A DNA stretch of 64,000 bases from Puccinia triticina (lineage: Eukaryota), in assembly GCA_026914245.1 (NCBI GenBank), contig CP110439.1, positions 1,302,001-1,366,000 on the forward strand, written 5' to 3'. The notes under the pieces are model-generated. The model was not told the DNA's origin, searched no databases, and saw nothing but the letters and a program-made list of their open reading frames with translations. Shown here piece by piece: positions 1 through 14,200 of the stretch (positions within the stretch are counted from its first letter, which is position 1; every line of letters begins with the position of its first letter). The translations under genes were made by a program, and so were the position numbers.

Positions 1-381
1 ATGGAGATGAATGAATTCCTTCGAGATCCCCGCCGAGGAGTTGGTCGATTTTTCAAACACAGTCGCCGGCACTTCGAACAGCAGCTCGCTACGGCTGGTA
101 TTCCCTGCGGCCAAGCTCTCCAGTCTGGAGCCTTTGTGGTCACCAAACATCACACCTTACAGCTTGATCTCGACGCTTGGAAAAAACGGCAGAAAGAATT
201 CTATCATGAGCTTACCAGTAAGATTAAGCAAGAGCACCTCCAATGCTTGCTTTGTGTGGAAGAAGCTGCCCGCATCCGGTCAATAGTTGGGCCAGTAGAG
301 GAAGCTGGTCCGTGGTATCGTTATTCTACTCCACCCCGTCGTACGGCTCAACTTGCCCACTCCTTCGATGAATATTATTAA
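1..381 (+). CDS. Probable 3' terminal exon of a gene entering from upstream; product unknown
   Basis: 126-codon open frame from the window edge to TAA, followed by AT-rich UTR-like sequence; no recognisable domain. Confidence 0.4.
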   Translation: MEMNEFLRDPRRGVGRFFKHSRRHFEQQLATAGIPCGQALQSGAFVVTKHHTLQLDLDAWKKRQKEFYHELTSKIKQEHLQCLLCVEEAARIRSIVGPVEEAGPWYRYSTPPRRTAQLAHSFDEYY

Positions 382-1313
382 TTAAGCTTGTTCCATGCCA
401 GCGTATTACTATTGATCTGTGTTCTTCTTTTGCTTTCTTCAATTTGCTCTTCCTCCGCAAACTTATCCATCTTGCATATGTGCTCATGATACCTATACAA
501 GGCTTTAAGAGTGCCAAGTCGTTGCACTAACTTCAATCAAAGTCCCATCAGGAGTGCCACTAGCAAACTTCGAACAGTTTCTCTCCCGTTTCTCGTTGTG
601 TGCTCGAACTCTTTTCTCTCCTGAAGTCACAGCAGCTAAATACTTAGTATGAAATCATTTGTTGCAAATTGTCCCACTGTATGGTATTAAAATGTGTTTC
701 AGGAGGAGAAACTCTCTGCCAACTCCTTTTGTTGTGGTTCACTCCATTATTTCCAAATCCTTGAAAATCCTTTCTGCTCCTGTCAAAGATGGGAGATAAC
801 GGGCAAACCTCTTTCACGGAGAGCGGTCTATGTGACCGTGGACCCTCTGTTCGAGGTGCTTTGCCTCTTTGCGGTTGGGGTTTGGCTTACATACTCCCCG
901 GTGTGGCCCAACGGATCCTCATCCTATTCTGCGACCTCGTATTCTGCTCACCGGCCGCCTTCTTCCACCTATGTAAAACGTTTGGAGGGGAGCGTGTTGC
1001 GTAGAACAGCTAGCCCTATGCGAGTCGTGTCAAGCTTGCGGTGACGTGCTTTTCCTCTTGGAATCGGCATCGGCCCACAAATAAATAACTGCATAAAAGC
1101 TCGGAGCTTTGTGCCACGGCACCATCGCGAAGTTCATCATGCCATGTCAAAGCTGTGGCGACCGAATGAGTGTCACAGCTTCAAGCTGAGGCTGTTCACA
1201 TGTCACAAGGTCGAAAGAAGTTCTCTCCCTTCGGCGGGCTATTCTTGAGCATGTATCTGGCACCAACGCATACCATTACAAATAAATACTCGAGAACTGA
1301 AGACTTCCTCACT

Positions 1314-3072
1314 ATGGTTCGCAGAGGCCGAGGCACCAAGGGATCCCTACCACCGTCAACTGATTACTCCTGCCCAGAAGGTACAACGATCATTCGAGGC
1401 ACGTCGACCCGGCCACTGATTTCTTACCAGGCCAACGAACCCGCCGTCGTTCTAGCCGACGTTCCCGAACTGGTATCCGACCCTGGCCCAACCGAGCAAG
1501 CTTCGAATTTAAATGAAGATGAAAAATCTGAAAGTGATCGCCAGTCAGAAATGGAGGACGATCGACTCTATTGCGTATGTAGAACACTATACGATGGCCG
1601 GACTATGATTGCTTGTGACCGGTACGCTTTGGTTCATGACCACCTCATTCTATCAGATCGAGGATAACCGCCCTCGGAAATACCCGTCGTAGCTGATCTG
1701 TTCATCTCAGGTGATTTAGATGTGACAATTGGTACCATAATGATTGCGTTGGGATCGAAGAGGATTCAGTTGAACTGGTTGACATTTTCATTTGCCCCAG
1801 CTGCCAAACTGGTCCGCCCCTTGAAGTTCACCTCGATGTGACAGTTTGCAAATCGATCCCTGATGAACATCCTTTTACAAACTTATTCATCTTTCCCAAC
1901 TGCGTCAGATGCCGATAAGCAGACAACGTGGAAGAAAAGGTGTGCGCGTCCTGGTTGTCACCTTGCTGCACGCGTCCTGTCCAAATATTGCAGCGATTGG
2001 TGCGGTACTGAACGCGCTGCTACTCGCTTAAATACTGCTACAACGGATTACCATCGGTTCTGGGATTCTGTACGAGCGGCCACCAAACCAGAGGGAGTGG
2101 TCATTATCGAATCCGGAAACCCGAACCACTCATCAAGCTGTCAAGCTAATCAAAATATGCTCGATGACATTTTGCTGAACCAGCGAACGAAGCGGCTGGA
2201 AGAGCTGCTGGCCAAAAAGCTAGCAGTTGAAAGTCAAGTACAATTAGCCACGAGTCGATCGAAATACCTGGGATACGCGATATCCAGATGGGAAAACATG
2301 TGCCTCGCCACCGCTAGGGCTCTTCAGATAGAAGACAACCCAAGCCCAGACCAATCAACAACCGCGACTACCACAACAAGCAAGCCAAAGAAAGGTGGCG
2401 GTAGTGGCCGGGGAAGAGGGAAAGCAAGAGGTGGTCCGAAAAAATCTGAAACCAGCTTCCTTAACTCGGCCATAAGCAGTATCGAAGCGCCTTGTGGTTT
2501 TGATGTCCGGCTGATTTGGGACGACAAGGACTGTGAGGAGAGATTTCTTTTAGGCGGACGGCTTATTCAGTTATCTTATTTTCAATGTATATGTTGCAGG
2601 GGCGCAATGGACATCATCTGAGAGCTTTTCAGCACTGTTTCGTTCCCAAGAGTCGGAAAACAATGAACCTGTGCAAGGAGACGTAAACACCGAAATAGGT
2701 GATTCCAACCCACAACCGGCGATGGACTATGGAATTGAGGAAGGCGTGATTTGTTTGATAATGAGAAAGAAGTGCGATCGACACCTCGGATGGCAAAAGA
2801 CGCGTGAGAATGACTTTCAAACCGAAGTCAACACATTGGTACATTGGTGATTACTCACTAGATGGACTGCCCTTCCGATCTCCTCCCCTGGTCGCTGACT
2901 CTAAAGTGCTCCATTTTTTTAAAACAAATATTTCCGATAAAAAAAGAATATGATTTTAGATAAAGTATCAACTCAGATACAAAGGTTAAAAGAGGAAATC
3001 GAAGAGCGCCAAGAGCTTTGGAAGTTCCGAAGCGCCAAACAGGCGTCGAACCCGTCCCAGCTCCTCTCCTAG
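1314..3072 (+). CDS. SPP1: PHD-finger protein, COMPASS/Set1C subunit Spp1 (CFP1/CXXC1-like), multi-exon
   Basis: Spliced PHD finger YCVCR..MIACDR|CDNWYHNDCVG..FICPSC (intron 1622-1719), then C-x4-C..SKYCSDWCG and C-terminal KKCDRHLGWQK motifs typical of Spp1/CFP1; last exon ends at TAG 3070-3072. Confidence 0.8.
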
Positions 3073-4018
3073 AACAGTAAGTCACGAGTCTCCGTTCTAC
3101 TCATTTCACACCAAATTTAACATGATTTATCTTTCTGTTTCAGATTAAATAAATGCTTGTTACTAGTTTGGCACATGATAGCAAGTTCAATCAAAGATAT
3201 TCTTAAGATCATGATGGTTTCTTTCCGTGAAGAGCACGGTAGGGTTACTACCAACAAACCCAATAAGACATATTATTCAGATTTATACATACATACATAT
3301 GGTGTTTAGAATAGTTGGATGAGAAAGATCATTCAAAGGAGGAAAGGAGAGTGAATGAGAATCAGAAGATAGAACTGGAAGTTGTTTATTTTGGGTCAAC
3401 CTTTACATGCACTCCAATTACAGTGCACAAAGAGTCTTTTGCAGTACATGAAGTAAGTCTGAAAGTATCATTAGTAAAAATTAGGAGGACAACTTCCAAA
3501 TGTCCACCAAATTTGGCTGACAATTTCCGTGACCTAAAAAAGGGACCCGGTGGACGTCAGGGAGCTGGTCAGAATAGGATCCTCCTGACGTAAATCAACT
3601 TTGGGAGTTGTCTCCCCAAAAATTGCAAATTGTATTTCGAAGCCCCTATTTTAAGGTTAGTAATCTGTCTCAGTACATGTTCACGGCAGGCCAAAATTGC
3701 TTAAACCATCAGGCATTGACACACAAATGAATTGATCTTTATTTCTTGCCCGTCGTACATCAAAATGCATGCTCATTCAACTGCAATGTAGTTTGCACCT
3801 CCAGATTCATGAGCACTATGAGTTTTTGCGGGAAACCAATTAACAGCTTCTGAGGCAGGGCCATCTGTCCAATATTAGCTCCTTGGGACCAAGTTACATG
3901 AAGGCTGAACTGTGAAAAAGTAAGATGACTTATTTTCTCATGATCGGAATGGGAAGAAACAACAAATGACATAATTCAAAATTTAGAGGGAAGAGTTAAA
4001 CTAGATAACCTAAATGAG

Positions 4019-7000
4019 TTAATGTATGTGACTATTTTTGTCAATCTTTTTCTTCTTCTTGGACGATGCCTTTTTCTTGACAACTTTGATGCTCTCAGGA
4101 GCATGAGCAACAATAGTATGATTCTGTTCGTTTTGGGGTAGTGAGATTGTTGGATTCGGATGGAGATGATCTGGTTGATTGGTGGATGATCTGGGATCTG
4201 TCGCTGGTGGATGTTGCTCGTCTTGTTTCTTCTTCGTTTTATACTTTTGGAGGTAGCTTAAGTCGGGGACTTCTCCCTCTGCGTCAATCACTGGAATTCG
4301 AGATGGGGAAGGAAAAGAAGTGGAGGACGAAGGTGTTTGTCTGAGAAACTGATTTGGATGAATGCTGTTTGAAACAGATGAAGGGCTAGCGGTGGGTAGA
4401 TCGTCAAGAGATACTGAAAGATCGAGTTTAACGATGGGGATACTGTCGATGTCTAGTAAGTCTGTGGACGATTCATTGTTACTGTGCGCCTTTTCTTTTT
4501 GCTTTTTATGAGTTGTTGTGTTGATATAAAATGGATCATCTCGCTGTCTTTCGATGCGTTCTTGCTTTGCCTGCATAAGACGGCGAGAAATTAGCAGCTA
4601 CATTGTGGGGTGAATGGAATGGAGAATAACGCACCTTTGCCATAGCCTCTTTGTCGATTGGATCTTTCTTTTTTTTGGCTCGCCTCTTCCTTGAGGAATC
4701 TTGAGAGAACTTTTGATCCGTGGATGGGTCATCGAAGAAGGCTCCATTCGAGGAGGTAGTCTGATAAGGATTGGTGAAATCCTCGCCAATCTTGCGACCA
4801 AATTCGTCCAATCCCGTGCGGTCATGTAGTTCTGAGGTGTCTTTCAGGTAAGGAATCCACGAATCTAGGTCAAGTTCATCAGGAGCTTGAATCATTGCTT
4901 GCACAGAGTTTGCGACTGGCTTTAACTCATAAACGAAGAAAAGATCCGATAGAACTTTGTACCAGTACGGTGGCTGAGACTGCTTTGTCTTCGAAGTGGT
5001 CATTGGGGAGTCCGTACTTGTCTTCATATCCGCCATGGGCCTATGAAATCCTTCATCAGGACTGCTAGAGCTTGTCGCAAACGGATTTGCTTCTCCGAAT
5101 GAAGTCATTCCATACAATGCAGGATGAGGGGCTTCATTCGTGTGCTCCCGAGCTTTTATGTTGGGGCGAGTAGGAGGCCGATATCCAATTAATTCTCGAC
5201 TGATCACACTCATCAGCCGATCTACTTCGTTGGCCCGATCCAGCAGCTGGACATGGTCAATAGTCGGAAAGAAGTTGGACGATGCCCAGAGGTCTTTCTG
5301 CTTCGCGAGGTCCCGCGCTCGATCTGTTATCGCCAATATCAACCTGTTTAGCTGTCCTAGTTCAACATCCACAGACGATAGCTTAGGGGTCTGGTTTTGC
5401 GTCATTTGAAAAGATTCTTCAGGATAGCGGTCATCGGACTCAGAGTGTAATTCAGAATACCAGGAGTCTACCGTTTCTCTTAGCCACTTCACAAACACTT
5501 TGAGGCCGTTGTGTAAAGAAAATGTAGAGATTTGAGGCAGTCTTGAGCTGTTGCCGAGGATCAATCGATGCTTGAACAAAGTGGAGATCACATCTTTCAG
5601 ATCGACGTATTCAGAGTCACTATATTCTCCACATATCCAAATGGCTGCCGTGACGAGGTTGGACGCAGAAGATGCTCCTTCGTTATCAGCCCCATAAGAA
5701 ATAACGCTCGAGCCTCCAATATCAATTGCAGAGCAGTAGTCATTCGAAATGTTCTCTAAGAATGTATCATCATGAAGCAAAGAAAGCATCTTGGTTACAG
5801 CATACGGTCTGATGTCTTTCACCCGACTAGAAACATCGATCAGGACATTGGCCAGGCGAGTCACCGAGTGTGAACCATCGGTATTAGACGAATTTGACTC
5901 GTTATACATTTCTTGAATCTGAGAAGCCACCAACAGACGGATCAAACGGACGAGGACTTCTAGAAACCAGTTGAAATCTGAAATGTGGGAATATGCAGAT
6001 TTAGAGCATATGGTAATGACAACATTGATTATTCGAAGCTTGTGATTAGGAGCAAGTGTGGGCGAATGATGTGAGGGTTTCGAGGACATTTGAATTGACA
6101 TTAAGGCCTTGACTGCATCTGAATGTCCGGTTCCTTCAGAAGTGGTGCGTGGTTTTCGACCTTCGAGATCGTTGACCAAGTAGTCGACGGTATTTCTCAA
6201 TGATTGGGAATGGTATTGGATCCCTTCGAGAAGATCCAACGCTCGGATCGCCAACATAGGATCAACTTCATGAATGAGTTCCAAGATGGTTTCCAAATAA
6301 TCTTCAAGTAGCTCTGGGTGACTAGGAACAAGCTTATTCAAGCCTACTAGAGCCATGTAGCGTAGGTTCTGGTCGACGTGATCTAGGAACTGAGCCAGTT
6401 TGTCGATGCAGATTTTGGCTAATTTGTAGCTCTCTTCAACGGAGGTCGCATGAGTGAGCATTCCACTGGCCAAAATCGTATGAATACACTCATAGAGTAG
6501 CGACATAGCATTTGTGGTTGAGATAACATCACTGAGCGCAGGTAGTAGCTTTTTCGTCAGTCTGGGCTCGATCGGCGTAAGTACCGTAAACTGCTTGACC
6601 ATAATATTAGACCTCATCACGTAGGTCAGCGTAGAACGGACATAGAAGCAAGGCTTACAATTTTGACGATTTTGATCATCATCCAATTGTTCTTTTTGAG
6701 CTTCAACAAGTCGTAAAGTTCTGCCGCCAACTCGAGCCAGGGCCAGGGTTCCTTGGATGCTAATTCACAAATCACGTTGACTGTTGAGCTGACAACGCCA
6801 ATGTCGTCATCCAACAGTTTTTCACGAAATCTTTCCACCCATATGTCCATGCTTTTGCTTAGCGTTGGATCGGCAGAGGCAGTGTACTGCTCATGACTCA
6901 AGTCGCCCCGCTCTTCTATCATTCGCGCCATATCTGCGCTGGCCAATGTATGTATAGCGGTAACAGCACGTTTCCTAATCGTGGGCTTGGAGTGATTCAA

Positions 7001-7644
7001 CATTGAGATTAGGTCAGAGGATAGGTCGGCTGAGTTTTGCGAGTTGAGCAAGTGAGGTAGGGATGATAAGGCGAGGCACAGGACGGGGGCGGTCGAATTG
7101 AAGTTGCTCGTCAAATTGAGGAAAGACATTGGCTGGTTTGAATGCGAGACCAAGTCCTAGAAAGCTCCAGTCAAGGAAAGAACAAGAGCTTAGACTTTTT
7201 GTGGTTCAGGATTTAATGAGGGAGTCTTGGAAACAAAAGTAAAAATTACCGCAGCGATTTATTTGTTTGGTTACGCCAGATAAAGAAGGAAAAGAAAGGA
7301 AAAGAATCTAAGAAAGCACATACCTTCTTGACTAGATTCGTAGTAAGCATTGAAACCTCGGTATTAGGACCGAAAGATTGACTAGCAGCAAGGTATCCGA
7401 TTTGCTTGATGTAAAATTTGTTGCTTGACATGCACTCCACCACGTTAAAACTGTAAGAGGTCAGCTGGGGATAACCGAGCATGTCGAGATAGCATAGTTT
7501 CAAGATGGCAGCAGCCTTGAGGTCTAGGTCGGTCGATTTGACTTCCTGTGCGATCTCTGACAAAGCTTGCTGGATTACGCGTTTCTCGTCGTCCTTGCTC
7601 GAGCGAAGAGCCTTGATGAGACCACTAAGAGTCTGTTCCCACAT
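4019..7644 (-). CDS. APL5: AP-3 adaptor complex subunit delta, multi-exon (~3 introns)
   Basis: N-terminus MWEQTLSGLIKALR..KLCYLDMLGY..KQIGYLAASQSF; adaptin motifs NNWMMIKIVK, EPRLTKKL, AMSLLYECI, DQNLRY, WICGEY; C-terminal ERQRDDPFYI and IPIVKLDL. Confidence 0.92.
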
Positions 7645-8317
7645 GGCGAAGAGAGACGGAGTTCTGGACGGTGGTCAAGCTGACTGGCACTGGCAGCGTG
7701 ACGATCCGGCTAGAATCAGAAAATGTTTATGCAATAAGTATTGATCGCCTCCATGTGACTCAAATTGAATAGAACAATACATACGTTTATCCCAAAATCA
7801 AACGAGTACACTCAATGGAGCACTACGACATAATCGATCTGGATGGATCTCAGCCAAAGGAAGCAGCTTTTGTTTCGGTAAAATGACCAGAGAAATTCTT
7901 ATACTGACATTATCCGTTGACAAGCCTTCCTTTTCTTGCGCAATGAACCTAATGGGGCTGAAGAGAGAACCAAGATGAGATGAGCAGACGTTAAAATGGA
8001 AGTAGTAAGCTCACCTTTATCCAATGGGATTAGGGTAAAATGATGACTAGTAATATGTAGCAAACTCCTTCAATCGACTGACCAGCGGGGTGTCACACGG
8101 AGGTTTCACACCTTCTGTAAGCCATCCCGGCCCATATCACCACTCGGCTGCTGACATAATCTCCCTACAGTCATTGTAGCTAACTTAAGCGTGCTACTCA
8201 ACCCCAAGGAGGTTATATTTAAACACGGTGTTAAGTTAATACAGCATATCTTTTTCAAGTTCGCTGAAGCTCGCCGCTGGACTCATAGACCAGCTATTTC
8301 AGTTCGACTTCAACCCG

Positions 8318-9891
8318 ATGGCAAACCAATCTCAAGCAACCCAGTCCAGCCGAATCATCTGCCAGTCTGCGAATGTTTCAGATTTGGACATCAGCTTGTA
8401 GGTAACCCTCTTCTTGCTAATCTCACCCAGTCGTCATCATCAACTCATCTTGTCTTACGCGTCCTAGGCATCCGTTACCGATCCTCAATATATCCGATCA
8501 TTTCACCAGGACGCGACTCCAAGCTGAAAGGCCAGACATAGACAGTCAGTATTACTCCACTCCGTATACTCTGAAACATCAAAAAATTGAATGAATGATC
8601 CTGAACATCTTTGTGTTCCTCACATTGCCTTCAAGTTTTTGGAGCATTAATTGGTACGCAGATCGGTAAAAAAATTGAAATCGTCAACTGCTTCGAAATT
8701 TTGACCGATCCCGACGGGAAAGTGAACGATGGATTCCTGAAGACCAGGAGAGAACAGTGTCAGCTTTTATATGGAAAATAAGGCAACGCATGACTTACGG
8801 CGTCATAAAACTTACATTTACAATGGTTTCTACGTCAACAACACTCACGATATGACCCAATGCGCGACCCGAAAAAAAGTTCAACAGGTTTTTCCAACTT
8901 TGGATCTACTGGGATGGTACACCAACGGCTTCCAGCCAAGGGAAAGAGATTTGACGATCCTCAATCAAGTTGCTGAGTGCGCGGATCTTTCGAGTCCGAT
9001 CTTGCTGTTCTACGATCCTCTACCAACACTATCCACTGGCTCCACTACCGCGAAGGAGCTGCCGATTCAGATTTACGAATTTACTCAATCAACAGCCGGG
9101 ACCGATGGAGAAGCTTTCGTCAAGGGCACCTTCGACGTCCAAACTAGTGAGGCTGAACGAATAGCGGTGGATTCTGTGGCCAAGCCTGACGTTGGAAGCA
9201 AAGACAGCGGTCGTTCGTATTTCAGCTTGATGGTTCCCACAAAATCAGACCGCTACCCCTGCTTATCTTTTCTGTTGTATTTTCGCCCTACCCTATTATT
9301 TCTTCGCAGTGGTAGCCAGTTTGATCACCCAAAGGAACGCCATCCAAATGCTGCACAACAAACTCGGGACAATTGTAGATTATATAGCTCAATTGATGGG
9401 CGACCTCGAAGCGGGCAACTCAGCCACCAAGATAGATCACGGCCTACTACGAGAGATATCTTCATTGGTAGCTTCTCTGCCCAAACCCGAAGAGAACGCT
9501 TCTTTCAAGAAAGAATTTATGATCGTTAGCACCCTTTGGACAATATTCATCATTCGCAACATCAGAGCATGGACTGAACTGACATTTCCATTCCTCTGCT
9601 CTTTTTATTCCCCCGATCGGTATAGGAATCTAACGATGCTTTATTGACTTCATATTTATCCAGTCAAAGTAAAGTGTTGACTGAGACAAATCAAGTTCAG
9701 CAGTTTTCCTTATTTTTCACCTGTTCTTTCGCGATCCTTACTGACCTACTCTGGATTTTACGGTGGTTCATGTGACTCAGTTGATTGATCGGTACCTCTA
9801 TCTCAACACTCGAGAGATCAATCATCCCAAGTCGGGACCTCACTCCATATTAACCCATACCCTTTCCAAATCAATGAAGGTGCAAAAATGA
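8318..9891 (+). CDS. CSN6: COP9 signalosome subunit 6 (MPN domain), multi-exon
   Basis: Spliced LHPLPILNISDHFTR, GALIGTQIGKKIEIVNCFE, QVFPTLDLLGWYT, TSEAERIAVDSVA, QRNAIQMLH, LLREISSLVASLP; TGA at 9889-9891. Confidence 0.88.
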
Positions 9892-11256
9892 TAACAACCG
9901 CAACATACATTTCGTTCAGTTTCTCAATAAACTGACACAAACAGTAAAACTGCCGTAGTATGTCTTATCAACTTTTATGATAGTCCTTTTTTTCTTTTTC
10001 TCCTCTTGTTGGTTGTGTATTTATAAGAAGGGGGTAAATTGACCAGTGGAAACGAGAAACCCACCCGTGCGAAACGCTATGTTAGCGAGCTTTACTAAGC
10101 CTTTCCTTCGGAGGGGGTGCGAGCACCGCGAGCACCGGAGGGGCTGTTATTAAGTTCGCTAGGGTAGCGGTTTTCCCATTGAGCAACCCAAATTGACTCG
10201 CGAGTCTCAAGATGAGTGCCTGGAACACACTGAACCACAATAGACGGGAAGAGGAAAAGCGAATATTACAAGTTTGACCCAAAAGCATATCCGATTGATA
10301 TATGTATGAATGATAAGAACCCTCGCCTCCAAGGCGTTCACTGAGAACTAGGATAAGATAATCAGAAACCTCGCGGATAAAGTGTTGATCAACAGCGAAC
10401 TTAAGTAAGTCCGTCTCTTGCCGGAGGGACTTCTGACTTATCAGGAATGTTCGCGCTAGGGAACCGGATAATTCACCCCTTATTTCGTCACATCACTCAT
10501 AACTCATGTAAATTTCAAGTCTCATCCATGAGACCAACTTTTTCTTCATTGCACGCTTCTAAGTTCTTCGTCTAGTTTACATATTTTCTAGATTGCATGT
10601 TTCTTGAAAGGATCTTTCAAACATTAGGGGGTTTCAAACTTGAAATCAGGTTTTGCAGGACCTTGTGCAGGTCCAATTTCCAGGAAAAAATTTCACTGCC
10701 AAAAACAGCAACCTGGGGGCTCTAGTTTGAACGCCCCCAAACTGCAAAAAACTCCTGATCTTGCATTAGGAGTTTCCAACCTGGAGAATCTTTGGCAGAA
10801 ATGTTTTGTCCGTAACGGGTTAACTCCAGGAGTCCGGACCGGTCCTTCCAGTGTGCGCACACAACCCAATGATTGGTATTTACCGGTCCTTCAGTGCGCG
10901 CACACAACCCAATGGCCGGTATGTACCGTTCATTGAGTGGGTACACAACTTAAGAATAATTTGATGACAGGTCTGTACTGGTCATCGAGTGTTGTGAGTC
11001 TCAATGACCAGTACAAACCTGACCAGCCCGCCATTGAGTGACACAACGTACAGTGCCCAGAAGAAACACCAGGAAAATAAAATAGTCAGTTGATGACAAG
11101 TGACATTACACCAGCTCTAGCCAGCTACCCACCATCTATCCAATATCTATCCACTATCTACCCCAATCTCCCAACCATCTCCTCAACTTCCAAAATTTAC
11201 CAAGGAGGTCCTGTTCAGTTTTTGATGAGCCCAACTGGTCCTCAGTTCTGTCCAGC

Positions 11257-14200
11257 TAAAGATGGCCTTGCGGTACCCGTTTGGCGGTACCCGGCACCAG
11301 CTGGCGGGTACCGCTTGGCTTGCCATGGTACCCGCCAGCTGGGCTGGGTGTGGTACTTGGTGCCTGTTTTTGGCCAAATTTCCACCCGGTACCCTGGTAC
11401 CTCTACAGGTACCGCTCAGAAAACCCCCAAACCCCTGAACCCCCCCCTATAGGGGGGTTGGCTCTCACCAATATGATTGGATATCAGCCAAGCATATCTG
11501 ATCATATCCCCTCCAACTCAACCACAATGCCAGCGACCCGCCCAACAAAAAAGAGAAACAGACCAGCAAATCGTGAATCCCCAACGCCTTCCTCTCAGTC
11601 TCAACATCAAAAGGATAAAGACAACAGTAACAGCGATAGAGAAGAAGATCCTCCGTTAATCAGCAAGCCGCCTGCATCAACACTTGTATCGACACCCCTC
11701 CAACCATTGACTGATCAGGAGGAGTTACGTGAGTTGTCCAGTTTTGTTTATTCGCTTCCATAACATAAATTTATTGACTCTCTCCTCACTTTTAGGACGA
11801 GCTCGGAAGGTTGCTGCACATGGTGCAAGTATTAGCTACAAAACATACAAAGAACCAGAGCTCTTGGATCAAAAGGACAAGTTCGGGCAGGCTATGATCG
11901 CGTACTGTTGCAAAATGTAAGCTTCTTTAGATTATTCCATAAAAGGAATCATCGTCATTGCTGACACATATGTTCAGGTGTGACACCAAGATTAATCGCC
12001 TGATGGCAGACTCCTCCTGCAGTAACCTCAACAAGCATGCAGCAATCTGCCTGCGCAAGCACCAAGAAGCTACAAGCAACCAAACTCTGGCCGCTGTTGG
12101 GATTACTGGTACCGGTGACATCAATCCGAAAGAGGTGAGCCCCCCATGAAATGAAAAAGAGATAAACGTCCAATCACTCAATTAGCTTTGGCATGACTGT
12201 AGGTGCCGCAACTATGTGCCATTTGGTGTGCCAAAGCAGCCCAACCATTCTCTGCCTTGATAGATCCAAGCCATCAGGCCATTCTGCATCCAACCGTTTG
12301 CAAGCACTTACCAACCCGTAAAGCTGTCTCAAAGGATATTCACAAGCTTTATTCGGCAATACAAGAAGACTACTGATCTACTTTGCAGGTGAGTGCCCTT
12401 TCTTTCTCTGTGAAGGTGATCGTGCATTTCAGCTTTACCTGATTCTCTCTATTCTCAGGCACACCAAGGTGCTCTTTACTTAGGTGTCGACACGTGGCAG
12501 TCACCCAATGGCTTTGATATTTTGGGAACGGTGATCTACAGACTAGCGGAAGACAAATCCGGCAACATGGAGCTAGAGGCGATGCCATTGGACTTCATTT
12601 GGCTTAATCGGTCACACACAGGTGAGTACCTTGCGGAGAATGTCCAGTTGGTTGTTGAGAAATTTGGTATTCAGGACAAAGTAAGTGCATTACCAGCTTT
12701 CTGGATTGATTCCCAACCTCACTAATCTCACCACTCGTTCTCTTGCCTAGATCTGTGGAATCGTAAGCAACAATGCGACCAACAACGAGGTGATGGTCAG
12801 GGAGCTCAAGAAGGCTAAGTGGCCTTGCTTCAAAGGCGAGACACACTGGATCAGATGTTTTGCCCACGTCATCAACTTGATAGTCCAGTCTATACTCCGC
12901 CCATTTGGAACTCAGAAGAATCAACAATCCAGGAATTCCAGTGCAATTGAATCCGACGATGACGAGGATTCTGAGGAGGACAACCCTCTGGGGCAAATCA
13001 GATTGTATGTTAAGTTCATCGTCATTGTTTTCACTTGTTGGATGTTTAGCTGATTATTTTTTTGGAATGATAGGCTTGCCCGTGGGGACAAAGGTGAAGC
13101 CACATCAGATGAAGAAGATATTGGATCCAGTGACGAAGAAGAAAACTCTATTCGAGCTTTTGAAGATGACGAAACCCTCAGTGAGGCAGATATTGACAAC
13201 TTGAGCAATGAAGACGAAAACAATCAATACACCAGCGGATCTTGCAGAGAAACTTTGGCCAAAGTAAGCGAACCCTTTTAATCAAATCGGAGATTCAGTC
13301 TACTGATGTTGTAATTTCCCAAAGTTTTGTGCAATCACCAAGAAACTGAGGTTCTCCCCCAATTCAAAAGCAGAGTTCATTGAGATCTGTCAAGAGAAAG
13401 GATGTGCGACCCCGCACAACATTGAACAAGATGTACGTACTCGATGGAATTCAACCAGTGCTCAACTCAAAAGCATCATCAGATGTGAATCTGCTATGTT
13501 AGTGTGATTTTCCTTGTAATCAATCATCAAATGATCATCTGCTAACCAATCAATCTCTTTGAAAGTCCGGAGTGGCAGCGTCATAAAAAACACGGTGTTT
13601 GACGCAAGTACCATGTGGACCAATCCGATTTCGATTTGGCCCGCAATTGGGTCCATGTACTCGATTTGTTCTACGAAATAACATTGCAAATGTCGGTAGC
13701 TGGCTTGGCTTGATTGGCCAATGTAGTTTTATTCATCAATCAGATCACTGAACATCTATCTACTGCCATCAAGAACACCAAATATCCTCCTGCATTGAGA
13801 AATGCCTGTCAAATTGGCTTAAAGAAGGTGAAAAAGTACTACAGCTTGACTGATTCCTCTCCTCTTTATAGAATTGCAATATGTAAGTTTGTTTCCCCTT
13901 GGTTTTTGATTTTCTTTCTGTTCCTCTTTTCTTTTTTACTAAAATTACTTCTTCCCCAGTGCTGCACCCTTCTTTTCGGGACGAGTACGTCAAGCTTACT
14001 CACTGGGAGCCTGAATGGATAGCCAAAGCTATTTGACTTGCACGTGACATGTGGGTCTTGCATTACAAGCCACGAGTGATCCCTACCACCACTGCACCAA
14101 CTCCAAGTGCCAAGGTAAGTTATTCGTTACAAATGTTATGTGGTTTAAACGATCAAATTAATGAACTTTGATTTTTAGCCAAAGACTTCCATGCTTGCCC

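Noticed and set aside
3480..3625. Small imperfect inverted repeat between the SPP1 and AP-3 delta 3' ends
   Set aside because: Too degenerate, with no TSD; probably an old MITE remnant
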